Below, one piece after another: positions 46,781 through 56,215 of a stretch of DNA of 64,000 bases; position 1 is the stretch's first letter; each line of letters begins with the position of its first letter. The notes under the pieces were generated by a model. The model ran no database searches. It saw nothing but the letters and a program-made list of their open reading frames with translations, and was not told where the DNA came from. The stretch comes from Tetramitus jugosus (lineage: Eukaryota > Protista > Heterolobosea): assembly GCA_937625935.1 (NCBI GenBank), contig OW569385.1:124001-188000 (forward strand). The letters run 5' to 3'. The position numbers and the translations under genes were made by a program.

Positions 46781-47656
46781 TTGTATCTTCCCACTACAAG
46801 AAGGAAGGATTTTGTCAACTTGATCACCACCATGAACAAAAAACCCAATCTTTTCATTAGACCGAGTACACCACGATCTGCTAACACACCAGAAAAGAAT
46901 GAATCCGCCATTTGTAAGTTGTGCAGAGAACCAGATATTAGATTGTATGGACATGTTCTAATTGGAGAATCTTCGATGGCACGATTAATCATATGTGAGG
47001 ATCGTGAGGAAGTGTATACACTCGTTGATCCACAAGTGAGTCACAAGTTAGAGGAAGGAGATGCAATATGCTTTGATTGTATTGACTCTCTGCTAGAGAA
47101 AAAAGATGTGATCACAAGAGTTAAATTGCAAGATGCATGCTGCGAGTGTGGGAGAAATGTGAAGGAGATGGCAGGAGAAACAGTCAGCGAAGAAGAACAA
47201 CGCCTCTTAACAAATGTTCACTCTCCAATAAGTACTGTGATCAAATCCTGGGCTCACATTGAAGGAAAGCGAACCTTCTCCTATGGTTTATCAGGCACTT
47301 TTGAATTTGTGAATTTGAGCAAAGATTTACAACCCGGATGTGTCATGTGTCGCTTCTGTATGAACAAACACGAATATGTACCGTATCTCTGTGTCTCATG
47401 TGATCACTGCCACAAAAACTATCAGGGTTGTATGAGACTGACAGACGTAGAGAATGGATTCGGTTGTGCAGCCAATGTGGAACCTTATGGCATCTGTTGT
47501 GGTTATGGAAGCAAGTATGACGATCAGGTTCTACGATTTACAGATCCAAGCGATGTCCAGAGTAATAGATTACAACTAGGACATCGAATATGTGACGACT
47601 GCATCTCCACACTCATTGATCATGGTGTTTGCTTCTCACCGGACTCCCAAGCGTAG
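46781..47656 (+). CDS. Hypothetical Cys-rich protein with several CxxC pairs
   Basis: Repeated ICFDCI / MCRFCM / ICDDCI units; ATG likely at 46832. Confidence 0.7.
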   Translation: MYLPTTRRKDFVNLITTMNKKPNLFIRPSTPRSANTPEKNESAICKLCREPDIRLYGHVLIGESSMARLIICEDREEVYTLVDPQVSHKLEEGDAICFDCIDSLLEKKDVITRVKLQDACCECGRNVKEMAGETVSEEEQRLLTNVHSPISTVIKSWAHIEGKRTFSYGLSGTFEFVNLSKDLQPGCVMCRFCMNKHEYVPYLCVSCDHCHKNYQGCMRLTDVENGFGCAANVEPYGICCGYGSKYDDQVLRFTDPSDVQSNRLQLGHRICDDCISTLIDHGVCFSPDSQA

Positions 47657-47863
47657 AAATGGAAGTTATCTTCACACTCCGACAATTCCATAAAAAAACT
47701 TTACAACAACTCTGAAGTTCTCCTCAACATCGAACTTCACACCCTTCAAAAGCTCGTTTCTTGGTTTTGCACTTTCAAGTTTTCTCATCACACAAAACCC
47801 ATACTTCAATCACCATAATCCACGAACACAACAACTACCCACTCATAACACAACAAACTCACT

Positions 47864-49003
47864 ATGCACCTGTCACTTTTCTCCAACAATGAACAACAAC
47901 AACCATCATTGATCACATTCGATCAAAGTCAATACTTGGCCACATTGGAATTGCTCCAACAATACTCTTCTCCACCAACACCACCAATGCAACAACAAGC
48001 ACCACCACAACAGCAAACTACTGCTGCTGCTTCAGAAGAAGAAGAGTCCTACTTTCCAATGGACTATTTTTTCCTATCAGAGGAAGAAACCTTGTCTAAC
48101 TTGGTTCAAGACTTGATTGATGAGCCTCATCAAGAAGAAGATGACTGCTCTGCAGGTTCATCCTCTTCCACAACCATGATCTCAGTCATGAATGATGAAT
48201 TCATTGATTCACAAGAGGAAGAAACAGAGCAACAAGTACAAAAGTTGAACGTTTCTGATGTTATTGATGGACTGTTTGATCAAGACAATGGATGGAAAGT
48301 GATCAAGAGCGACTCCAATGTGATCAACAGTGAAGATTGTGGAACCAGAATTGTTCTCTCCTCTCGTAAATTCTCCAGTTCAGAGAAGATTGATGCAGAG
48401 TTGTACAGTTGTGTCACCTATGAGATGAGACATGAGGCATATGGTTCTTTTGTGAGAAATGCAGCTGAGAAGCACAGGGTTTTGTTGGTTCGTGTGGAGG
48501 TGATTGATCCAAGCACCAATCAAGTCGTTCTCAAGAACGGCAAAACAATTTTGAATGGATGCACCGAAGGTGCCATTTCAAAATTGAATCATAGTGATAT
48601 TTGGAGATATGATATGAAGATCAAGTTTAATTCTTGTAGCTATCATTTCTCCAAGACAAGTTTTTGCTTTAGGGTGTCCTATTTCTTTGAAAATATGGAA
48701 GAACCATTCTTGGTGAAGCAAAGCTCTGATTTCATGATTTATGCCAGAGTAAAGAAGCAAGAGAAGAAGCCAGCATCTGAAAAGAGAAAGCGCTCTTACT
48801 CATCTGAGGAAGAAACAGAGGAAAACATGAATAAGAGAACTTGTGTGCGCCAACAACAGGAGCCACTAACACAACAATCATCAGAATTGAAGAGCTTTTC
48901 TGAAAAACTACAAGCTCTATTGAATGAAGTGAGCCACATGAGTGGCCAGGATAGAAAAATTGCCCTCGATATGATTCAAGGTCATGTACGAGCCAATTTT
49001 TAA
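47864..49003 (+). CDS. Hypothetical protein, possible transcription factor
   Basis: Acidic/Gln-rich N-terminus, beta-rich central domain (CSYHF..FCFRV), basic KRKR NLS-like motif. Confidence 0.6.
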   Translation: MHLSLFSNNEQQQPSLITFDQSQYLATLELLQQYSSPPTPPMQQQAPPQQQTTAAASEEEESYFPMDYFFLSEEETLSNLVQDLIDEPHQEEDDCSAGSSSSTTMISVMNDEFIDSQEEETEQQVQKLNVSDVIDGLFDQDNGWKVIKSDSNVINSEDCGTRIVLSSRKFSSSEKIDAELYSCVTYEMRHEAYGSFVRNAAEKHRVLLVRVEVIDPSTNQVVLKNGKTILNGCTEGAISKLNHSDIWRYDMKIKFNSCSYHFSKTSFCFRVSYFFENMEEPFLVKQSSDFMIYARVKKQEKKPASEKRKRSYSSEEETEENMNKRTCVRQQQEPLTQQSSELKSFSEKLQALLNEVSHMSGQDRKIALDMIQGHVRANF

Positions 49004-49712
49004 GAGTCTCACATGCGCAACAAGCTTGGCATGAGATGATGGATGAGAAGAGAAGTATACTCCACACTTGAGGGAACTACAACACTTGAGAGGCAAAAAT
49101 TTGATCTGCTGCCAACAACAAACCAAAAAAACAGCAAAATGACAAAAAAGAGCATTATAGAATCATGAGCAGATCGAAGAAGAGGAATAAGCCCACCCTT
49201 GTAGATTCCTTGTGGATGTTTCACTCTTTCTCTAGAAATTGAAACAAAAAAAATGGGAGCATCGTGCCCCGTTTTGATAACTTGACAAACCAACCATTGC
49301 AACAACACCACAACCTCGCACGAGGATTGAACCAAAGAATGAGGTTGTCGTTGAAATGCCTGATTGTTGGACACTTGATCTTGCACTCTAGCTGCACACA
49401 CAAATTTTGAGAGTGTACCTGTTTGATCGTGTCCATGTCCGAGAGCACCAGCAAGCACAGAAGCAGATTTAGCAATTTAACACAACGTTAACAGGGTTAG
49501 TTCCCACTAATCCGTTAACGAGATGGATTCAGCATGCTGGTCGTAGAGATGTTCTCTGTGCATTTTCCATCATCTCTGGTGATAGATTACACTTTGAATT
49601 CTCTCGAACCAGGCCCATTTTTTCAAAAGAAGTGGACTGTCCTGTCCGAAGTGAGAACCCTATTACCGCCTCGCCCATTCGTTTTACTTTGTTGTGACTA
49701 CTAACATCATTT

Positions 49713-50048
49713 TTATTTAACGCGATCTCTCAGTCTCTGTTCCTCCTTGTCCGTGGATTGCTTCAGTGGTTCGTCTTTTTTCAAGTTGCCTCGATTCAAG
49801 TATTCCAAATCAGAAAAGTTTATGTTCTGGTCCTTGTACAATGGATAGATATCGTTGTACGGAGTGAGGTTGTTAATCGTGTTCATGTCGAGAGAATCCA
49901 TTGATTGTTCGTCGATGCTGTCAGATCGTGCCTTGTCCATTGTATAGCAGCACTTTTGAACAGAGTATCTGGCTGGAGGTTTGCCTCTGATGACTTCTCT
50001 TATGATGATTCTTCGTAGCATTGTGGACCTGTGAAAAGTTATGTACAA
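49713..50048 (-). CDS. Small hypothetical protein (may be partial)
   Basis: 111-aa ORF with a transit-peptide-like start (MLRRIII). Confidence 0.3.
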   Translation of the reverse strand: MYITFHRSTMLRRIIIREVIRGKPPARYSVQKCCYTMDKARSDSIDEQSMDSLDMNTINNLTPYNDIYPLYKDQNINFSDLEYLNRGNLKKDEPLKQSTDKEEQRLRDRVK

Positions 50049-50270
50049 TTTACACTTATGTTCTTTGTTTCAATAGGAGCTTGATTGAATGATGAATTGG
50101 TGTTGTGTGTTTCCAATGCGAGATCTCGCCAGATAAAATTAATTCTTCGTACCTTTTTTAGTATCTCGAAGTCAACTTACTTTAAGAAATGAACACTCTT
50201 TACAACCGATGATTCTTCTTTTCTCCGCTCCAAGTAGTTCCATTTTTTCGGCGAAGATCACAAAGAAAAA

Positions 50271-51752
50271 ATGTTGAACTCATCTCGTTGCGTGGCTTTG
50301 CTTGTTGTACTTTTGCTATTTCTGTCTGCCATGTCCGTTTTTTCATCTAGTTCTTTTGGAAGTGATGTTCATGTGTGCCAATCTAAATTTTCTCAATGGA
50401 TGGATGACTGGTTGTCCAGGAACGAAGGCAGAGCCTCATTTGGAGTATCCGTGCGTAGTTTGAACCCAGAATCAACGTTCAACTATCAGTACAATGCCAA
50501 AAAATTATTCCAACCTGCATCAACAAACAAGGTGTTGACGACTGTTGCTGCCCTCGTAAATCTTGGAAGTGCCTACCAATTCCGTACTCGTATTCTGATT
50601 GACAAGAATACGAAGAGGAGATTAAGGATTGAAATGACGGGTGATCCTTCGTTGTCTAGCACTGTTTTAGTCGATAAGATCAAGTCTCTATCGATTGAAG
50701 GCTCCATAGAAACAGTCGAAGTGGATATCTCTGCGTTCAAGAACACTGCTCCATTGCCTGACAGCTGGGAATTTGGTGACTTGGGTTATGATTATGGTGC
50801 TCAGCCTAGCTGTTCAGTTTTGGACCATAATTTCGTAATTTTTCGGATATCACCTGGAGCAAGTGTTGGCCAGCCGCTGAGTGTTGTTCAGTTAAACGAT
50901 CAAGGAACACCGACAATATGGGAGAATGTTTCTGTTTTTGGACTAAAGGACACTAGAACAGTAGATAATCAAGAGACGAATATTCGAGAGCCTGATTTGT
51001 TTTATCGACCGGGTGAGGACGCGTTGCGAATTGTGGGTCAAATGAAGTTGGGTGCTAAGAGTGTTGATATCGTTCGATCTGTGATGAAGCCTGATGAGTA
51101 TATTGCCAAGACGGTTGCAAGGATGGTTGGCGCACGCAACAGCACCGTAACAAGCGAACCACCAGGCGAGAATTATGTTTCCATTGGCACAATACTGTCT
51201 GAGCCGATAACCGTACTCATGAACAAAACCTTGTTAGAGTCTGACAATTTATATGCCGAATTGTTCATGCGTCAACTCGGTGTTCTCAAATCAAAGAGTG
51301 CTAGTGACAACATTGAACAGATTGGGATTGAACGAGTGAGATCTGTCTTGGTGGACGCTCTGGGTGTAACGGCTGACTCATTCAGGCAAGCTGATGGTTC
51401 AGGATTGTCGCGACAAAACTTGGTGAGCCCTCAAAGTTTAGTAGAAACATTCTATCACCTCTATCAAAGAGATCGCTCCTTATTCAAGTTGTACAAATCC
51501 ATGCTTCCAGTGGGAGGAGTGAGTGGTACTCTTAAGAACAGATTTGTTGATTACCCAGGAGTTGTTCAGGCCAAGACTGGAAGCATGACGGGTGTGATAT
51601 CTCTTTCTGGTCTTGTGGACAGTTTTATGCCAAACCACGACCCATACTTGTTCGCATTTATCGTTAACCAGTCTTCTCTCACCTCTTCCCAGATCAGGAA
51701 AGCAATGGATGAAGTTGTAATTGCCCTCCACCAGATGGATCGAAGTTGCTAA
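50271..51752 (+). CDS. Secreted D-Ala-D-Ala carboxypeptidase/endopeptidase (peptidase S13, PBP4/DacB-like)
   Basis: Signal peptide; PASTNK (SxxK), SDN (SxN), DGSGLSR, AKTGS (KTG). Confidence 0.93.
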   Translation: MLNSSRCVALLVVLLLFLSAMSVFSSSSFGSDVHVCQSKFSQWMDDWLSRNEGRASFGVSVRSLNPESTFNYQYNAKKLFQPASTNKVLTTVAALVNLGSAYQFRTRILIDKNTKRRLRIEMTGDPSLSSTVLVDKIKSLSIEGSIETVEVDISAFKNTAPLPDSWEFGDLGYDYGAQPSCSVLDHNFVIFRISPGASVGQPLSVVQLNDQGTPTIWENVSVFGLKDTRTVDNQETNIREPDLFYRPGEDALRIVGQMKLGAKSVDIVRSVMKPDEYIAKTVARMVGARNSTVTSEPPGENYVSIGTILSEPITVLMNKTLLESDNLYAELFMRQLGVLKSKSASDNIEQIGIERVRSVLVDALGVTADSFRQADGSGLSRQNLVSPQSLVETFYHLYQRDRSLFKLYKSMLPVGGVSGTLKNRFVDYPGVVQAKTGSMTGVISLSGLVDSFMPNHDPYLFAFIVNQSSLTSSQIRKAMDEVVIALHQMDRSC

Positions 51753-51763
51753 ATAAAAGGGAT

Positions 51764-51837
51764 TACAGGCTATGAGAATCGAACTCATGACCTTAACGGT
51801 GTAAACGTTACGTTCTAACCGACTGAACTAAGCCTGC
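51764..51837 (-). tRNA. tRNA-Val (anticodon TAC)
   Basis: GCAGGCT/AGCCTGT acceptor stem, TAACG-TT-TAC-AC-CGTTA anticodon arm, AGTTCGATTC T-loop, TTTT downstream. Confidence 0.95.
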
Positions 51838-51880
51838 TTTCTCTATAAATAGATTTTTGAATTGTTATTGGACGTTATTT

Positions 51881-53122
51881 TTTTACAGAAAAAAACGGAA
51901 TCACATGTCTGGTGATTCAACAAATTTGGTGAAGGAATACGGCAACAGCCGTTATGCAGTGTGGACCACTGCACGGAAAGGCTCTAGGCCAAGTGACAGA
52001 GAGGTCGTCATTACCGGCAACGGTAGTGGTGTCTCTCAGTCAGCATTGGCAAGAAAGATTGGAGAGGAGTTTGGTGACTGGCTCAACCGAGTCCAAGTCA
52101 TTAAAAGGAAAGGCCAGCAACGCTTTGTTGCATGGGTGACGGTCAAGGGTGACCGCATCTACGAGTTTGTTGAGTTATTCAACAAACAGAGGAGGATTGG
52201 CAACAGCACTGCTGCACCCAAGCGCAGTGTTGATTGCACAAGAAAGGTGGTCGTCCATGGCATGAAGAACATGTCAGTGGACGACATCAAGAAGCTACTG
52301 GGACCTGAGAAGGTTGCCAGTGTGCTCAAGAAGCGTGACACTGCTTTCGTGGTCACTCGATACGTCGAGCGGCCACATGATCCCCTCAAGGCTGTCAACA
52401 AGAGGTTGACGAAGATGTACGAGGAGCTGCTGACGGTGGTTGACGCACTGCGTCGACAGGTCACAGAACTCACCAAGGACTTGGCAAAGACAAAGGGTCA
52501 AGAGAGCAACAAACCGGTTCCGATACCGGAACTAGAAGTTGCACAAAGAACTGATCCAGATCTAATGGAAGCAGAAGAACAAAGGAGTACAACACCACTG
52601 CCAACAGTGCCTGTTGTACAGCTCAGCGCTGAAAATCAGCAAATACTGGAGCAAGTGAATGCCACTTCTCCAGTGTTTGCCAGAGTGAAGAAGGAAATTG
52701 CTGCATTGGCACTTGCTGCTGCACGCAAAAGGTATGGTTTGACAGAGGACGAACCAGTCATTGTGGATGTGGATGATGACTCCGAAAAGGAGATTCAGAG
52801 TCCACAACTCAATGACAACAAGAAAAGGAGTGCTAGGATCACACTGGGTGATCTGAGGAGCAACAAGGCCCAAGACAAGAAAAAAACAACAGATGGCTCT
52901 GTGTCCATCGGCGGTCCTACTACAAGGTTACGCTCTTTGATGAAGAGCATCAACCAAAACACTCACCTGAGTGATTCTTCCAACCTGTAGGTGCACCGTC
53001 GGGGACAACAAGAGAAGAAGAGTGAATGACGCCCTACGGGTCGTCACTCACAAAACAAGTCAATAAATGAGCAATCGTGTGCTTGCGCACACTTGGTTGT
53101 ATGGAACAAAAAAAAAAAAAAA
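51881..53122 (+). mobile_element. ORF1-only non-autonomous element V1 (~1.24 kb) with perfect 15-bp TSD
   Basis: TATTGGACGTTATTT at 51866-51880 and 53123-53137; A15 tail; starts 43 nt from the tRNA-Val 5' end. Confidence 0.95.
51905..52990 (+). CDS. ORF1 protein (MSGDSTN subfamily), 361 aa, open
   Basis: Homologous to ORF1 29465..30817 (YAVWT, EVVI.G, RVQVI, VVH.M, AFV, Y.ER..DPL); carries a 63-nt in-frame deletion relative to T1. Confidence 0.85.
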   Translation: MSGDSTNLVKEYGNSRYAVWTTARKGSRPSDREVVITGNGSGVSQSALARKIGEEFGDWLNRVQVIKRKGQQRFVAWVTVKGDRIYEFVELFNKQRRIGNSTAAPKRSVDCTRKVVVHGMKNMSVDDIKKLLGPEKVASVLKKRDTAFVVTRYVERPHDPLKAVNKRLTKMYEELLTVVDALRRQVTELTKDLAKTKGQESNKPVPIPELEVAQRTDPDLMEAEEQRSTTPLPTVPVVQLSAENQQILEQVNATSPVFARVKKEIAALALAAARKRYGLTEDEPVIVDVDDDSEKEIQSPQLNDNKKRSARITLGDLRSNKAQDKKKTTDGSVSIGGPTTRLRSLMKSINQNTHLSDSSNL

Positions 53123-53150
53123 TATTGGACGTTATTTGAAGTAGTTATGT

Positions 53151-53920
53151 CACATAGAAAACAGGAAGCATCTGCAGTCACTATTTGACCAGGAAAGGAA
53201 CAGAAGAGTGGAAGAATGTGTGAGAGGTGGTGGTTACAAAAGGCCGTTAGTAGAAGTGAAGCGGACTTCAGCTTCCTCAAAAATCCCCACAGTATAGACA
53301 GGCAGCTTGTGTGGTTTCAGATGCAAGTCCTCAGTGGGACGCTCCATACCGCAGAGGTTGTAAGAGTCCTCTACAACTCAGACAACAATCCCACCAAATG
53401 CGTATGGTGCAGTCAGGAGCCCGAAAGTGTGCTCCACTGTCTAATTCGGTGCCCTAGAGCGGTTCGTGCCAGAAGATGCCTCGCTATGACGGTGGCAGCA
53501 GAAATTATCAAGATGGGGGTTGCCGATACCAGCTGTATCAATATATGGTTCGACAATGTGAGGATAGTAGGCGGAGAAGTGGTCAGGAGACCGTTGAGAA
53601 GAACGAGCCGGGAGTTCCTGATGGGAATGATGGGTGTTGAGACAGAGACCGTCAGCGACATCGCGGAAGGTCTGATAGCAAATGGAGTAAAGACAGCAAC
53701 GGCAGATAAGATAACTAAAACTTACGTGAATAGTGTGAAACGGAGATGCCTCACGACTCTACTCCACCTATTCACGCAACGAAAGAGAAACAACAGCAAT
53801 GACGCTCTCCGAGCGTCATTGGGGAATCAAAATGGTGACCAAGGGCCACCGCTCTGCGAGCTATGGCTAATGAATATAACAGACAATAAAGTGAGCAACC
53901 GATATGGTTGTATTAAAAAA
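53151..53920 (+). mobile_element. 5'-truncated copy V2 (ORF2 C-terminus, 3' UTR, poly A)
   Basis: ERWWLQK..CVWCSQEPESVLHCLIRC..KRRCLTTLLHLFT; flanked by ATTTGAAGTAGTTATGT at 53134-53150 and 53921-53937. Confidence 0.93.
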
Positions 53921-53937
53921 ATTTGAAGTAGTTATGT

Positions 53938-54261
53938 AAGCGGAGGAAAACATTGGGTATTGAAACAAGGCCGCTGAAACAAGTGATCAAAGGACTGACG
54001 AAGAGTGGGATGGAGAAGAAGAAGGCAAGTGAGAAGGCCCAACAATTTGTCGATCATACAAAGAGTAGGTGTGTGGAGGTGATGCGACGCCTCTTCACGT
54101 GTTCAAAGGAGATTGCTGGTTGCTAATGCTCTACGAGCATTTGCAACTACTTAAATCAATAGTGACGGCATTCTGCCGTCACGAAACCGATACAGAGAAT
54201 CAACAAAGAAGGAATCAACAAAGAAGTAAAATGAGCAATGGTTGTATTTTAAAAAAACAAA
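53938..54261 (+). mobile_element. Severely 5'-truncated copy V3 of another subfamily
   Basis: GIET..QVIKGLTKSGMEKKKASEKAQQFVDHTKSRC matches the ORF2 end; hairpin 3' UTR, ATGGTTGTATT and A tail; TSD repeated at 54262-54277. Confidence 0.88.
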
Positions 54262-54278
54262 ATTTGAAGTAGTTATGC

Positions 54279-54381
54279 TACCGTAGAAGATCCAGTTGAG
54301 TTGGATCTCTGTAACTCCGACTGCGAGTTACAGAGTCACCACCTCACGCACCATTTGTTGAATTGCTTTGTTGAAAAAAAA
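54279..54381 (+). mobile_element. ~100-nt hairpin-rich retroposed unit V4
   Basis: Bounded by TTGAAGTAGTTATGC and TTGAAGCAGTTATGC, ends in A8, contains two stem-loops. Confidence 0.65.
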
Positions 54382-54389
54382 TTGAAGCA

Positions 54390-54709
54390 GTTATGCAGTG
54401 TGGGCCACTGCACGGAAAGGCTCTAGGCCAAGTGACATTGGCAAAGGGTAAAGAAGTTCCAATATCGGAACTAGAAGTTGCACAAAGAACTGCTCCTGAT
54501 CTAATGGAGGCAGAAGAACAAAGGAGTTCAACACCACTGTCAACAGTGCCTGTCGTACAGCTCAGCGCCGAAAATCGGCTAATTCTGGAGCAAGTGAATG
54601 CCGCTTCTCCAGTGTTCGCCAGAGTAAAGAAGGAAATTGCTGCATTGGGCAGGTTGGAGATTCAGAGTCATCCACATTCTCAACGACTGGTTCGTCCTCA
54701 GTCAAACCA
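54390..54709 (+). mobile_element. Deleted ORF1 relic V5 with inverted terminal segment
   Basis: Matches 51951-51997 and ~52480-52710; 54665-54709 is the reverse complement of ~52735-52781. Confidence 0.85.
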
Positions 54710-54806
54710 AAGACTTGACTAGATTGTGATCATATTTGTTTGTTCTTTATTTATTGAGTTCAACCAGGTATTGCTCACAGGCATAGTTTTGTGAAGTTCA
54801 CTGTTA

Positions 54807-55907
54807 TTACAAAGTTTGGCGCTCCCCACTCTGTGAAGCTGTTTCAATTGCTTCCAACATACGATGGCGCAACACAGCATCCGTAAAGGTTGGAACAAGA
54901 TGTGTACCATTGCGAATGTCACTTAAGACTTGAGCATATGCATGTGAGATTGCGTACGCTGGATCACTACCTTCACCTTCAAATTCAATAAACTTGGCTG
55001 GTACAGGCAGGTCGACAAGAGCCTTCTCATCACCAGTTGCTCCTCTAATGGTAACATTGCTAAACTGCAAATGTCCACTACTACCTGTAACAATGAGATC
55101 ACCATTGGTGCCATTGATTTCCCAAAGGAAGTTCGTTCCACGGCATATTCCACCTCGATAATGGATCGAAGCAACAGCTCCACGATTCAATACTCCGTTA
55201 ACAGCCACTTGATCAGGTGATGTGTTGGATAATAGTTCATTTGTCTCCACACTTCTAATCTTTTGTCTTCGAATTGCTTGAGTGGCAGTCAATTGTGAGA
55301 ACTCTCCCAGTATCCAACACAATGCATCAATTGAGTGGCCAAAAGGAATGGACAGCATCGTGGCGCCATTCTTCTTATCAAGAAGATATTGGTTTCTCTG
55401 ATCGATAGCTTCTCCCCATGCAAGACCAGACCCGATGACTGTTGTGGACAAAACTTCACCCACATAGCCAGATTGAACGAGATCCCTCACGTATCTGACT
55501 TCTGGAGCGGAACGTGCTTGAAGACCAACAAAAGTTTTTACATTCTTATCCTTGGCAAGAGCATCCAATCTGATGGCCTCTTCAAGAGTGGCTCCCAAAG
55601 GCCACTCACAATAGACCATCTTACCACCATTTAAGGCTGCTTCGACAAGCTTGAAATGTTCTGGCACCTTGACTGACACTACAACAAGATCAACGTCTGG
55701 ATGAGCGACAAGTTCTTCTGGTTTTTCAAAGAAATGGGGCACATTGAACTTTTTGGCAGCTTCCTCAGCAGATTGCAGCGTAGAAGCTGTAAGAGCAGTG
55801 ATCTCAAAGTCAGGCAGCAATTTGAGGGCTGGTACGTGGGCACTGGCGGCCCATCCTCCTTTTGCGCTCAAACCAATAATTCCTACACCAATCTTCTTTT
55901 GGGACAT
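54807..55907 (-). CDS. Gfo/Idh/MocA-family NAD(P)-dependent oxidoreductase
   Basis: VGIIGLS..GWA..AH.PAL, VSVKVPEH, YCEWPLG, GLQAR, FGHSID. Confidence 0.92.
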   Translation of the reverse strand: MSQKKIGVGIIGLSAKGGWAASAHVPALKLLPDFEITALTASTLQSAEEAAKKFNVPHFFEKPEELVAHPDVDLVVVSVKVPEHFKLVEAALNGGKMVYCEWPLGATLEEAIRLDALAKDKNVKTFVGLQARSAPEVRYVRDLVQSGYVGEVLSTTVIGSGLAWGEAIDQRNQYLLDKKNGATMLSIPFGHSIDALCWILGEFSQLTATQAIRRQKIRSVETNELLSNTSPDQVAVNGVLNRGAVASIHYRGGICRGTNFLWEINGTNGDLIVTGSSGHLQFSNVTIRGATGDEKALVDLPVPAKFIEFEGEGSDPAYAISHAYAQVLSDIRNGTHLVPTFTDAVLRHRMLEAIETASQSGERQTL

Positions 55908-56215
55908 GCTTTGTTGTGTGATTTTGTTTTTGTGTGACTGATCAGTAAGCTTTCTCTCGTCATAGTCCAGTCGAAATTCTTAAGCTACAGAAAATGGCGC
56001 ATCGATCTCACCGATGTCCGCACCGGAACTACCGGTTACCCTTGTTTGTATTTTGGGGCATATGTCGCGCGATCAACTCCTTTTCTTGTTGTATACGTGT
56101 GTGTTTGTGCGCATCGCCTGGTTACAAACTTACCAAAACGATTGACTGGATTGGATCTACAATACATCTTTTCGTTCAATCGACATGCTTTGAGTTATAC
56201 AAGAGATGACATCCG

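Noticed and set aside
49486-49520. Possible hairpin CGTTAAC..GTTAACG in intergenic DNA
   Set aside because: Built on a short self-complementary word; no other ncRNA evidence
53134-54396. Recurrent 15-17 bp direct repeats resembling a CRISPR array (also 24875-30840)
   Set aside because: The intervening units are 0.1-5.3 kb polyadenylated retroelement pieces, no cas genes are present and the context is eukaryotic; these are target-site duplications
41671-55907. Bacterial contamination suggested by RlmN, DacB and the oxidoreductase
   Set aside because: They are interspersed with clearly eukaryotic genes, have similar composition, and RlmN and DacB carry eukaryote-style targeting extensions
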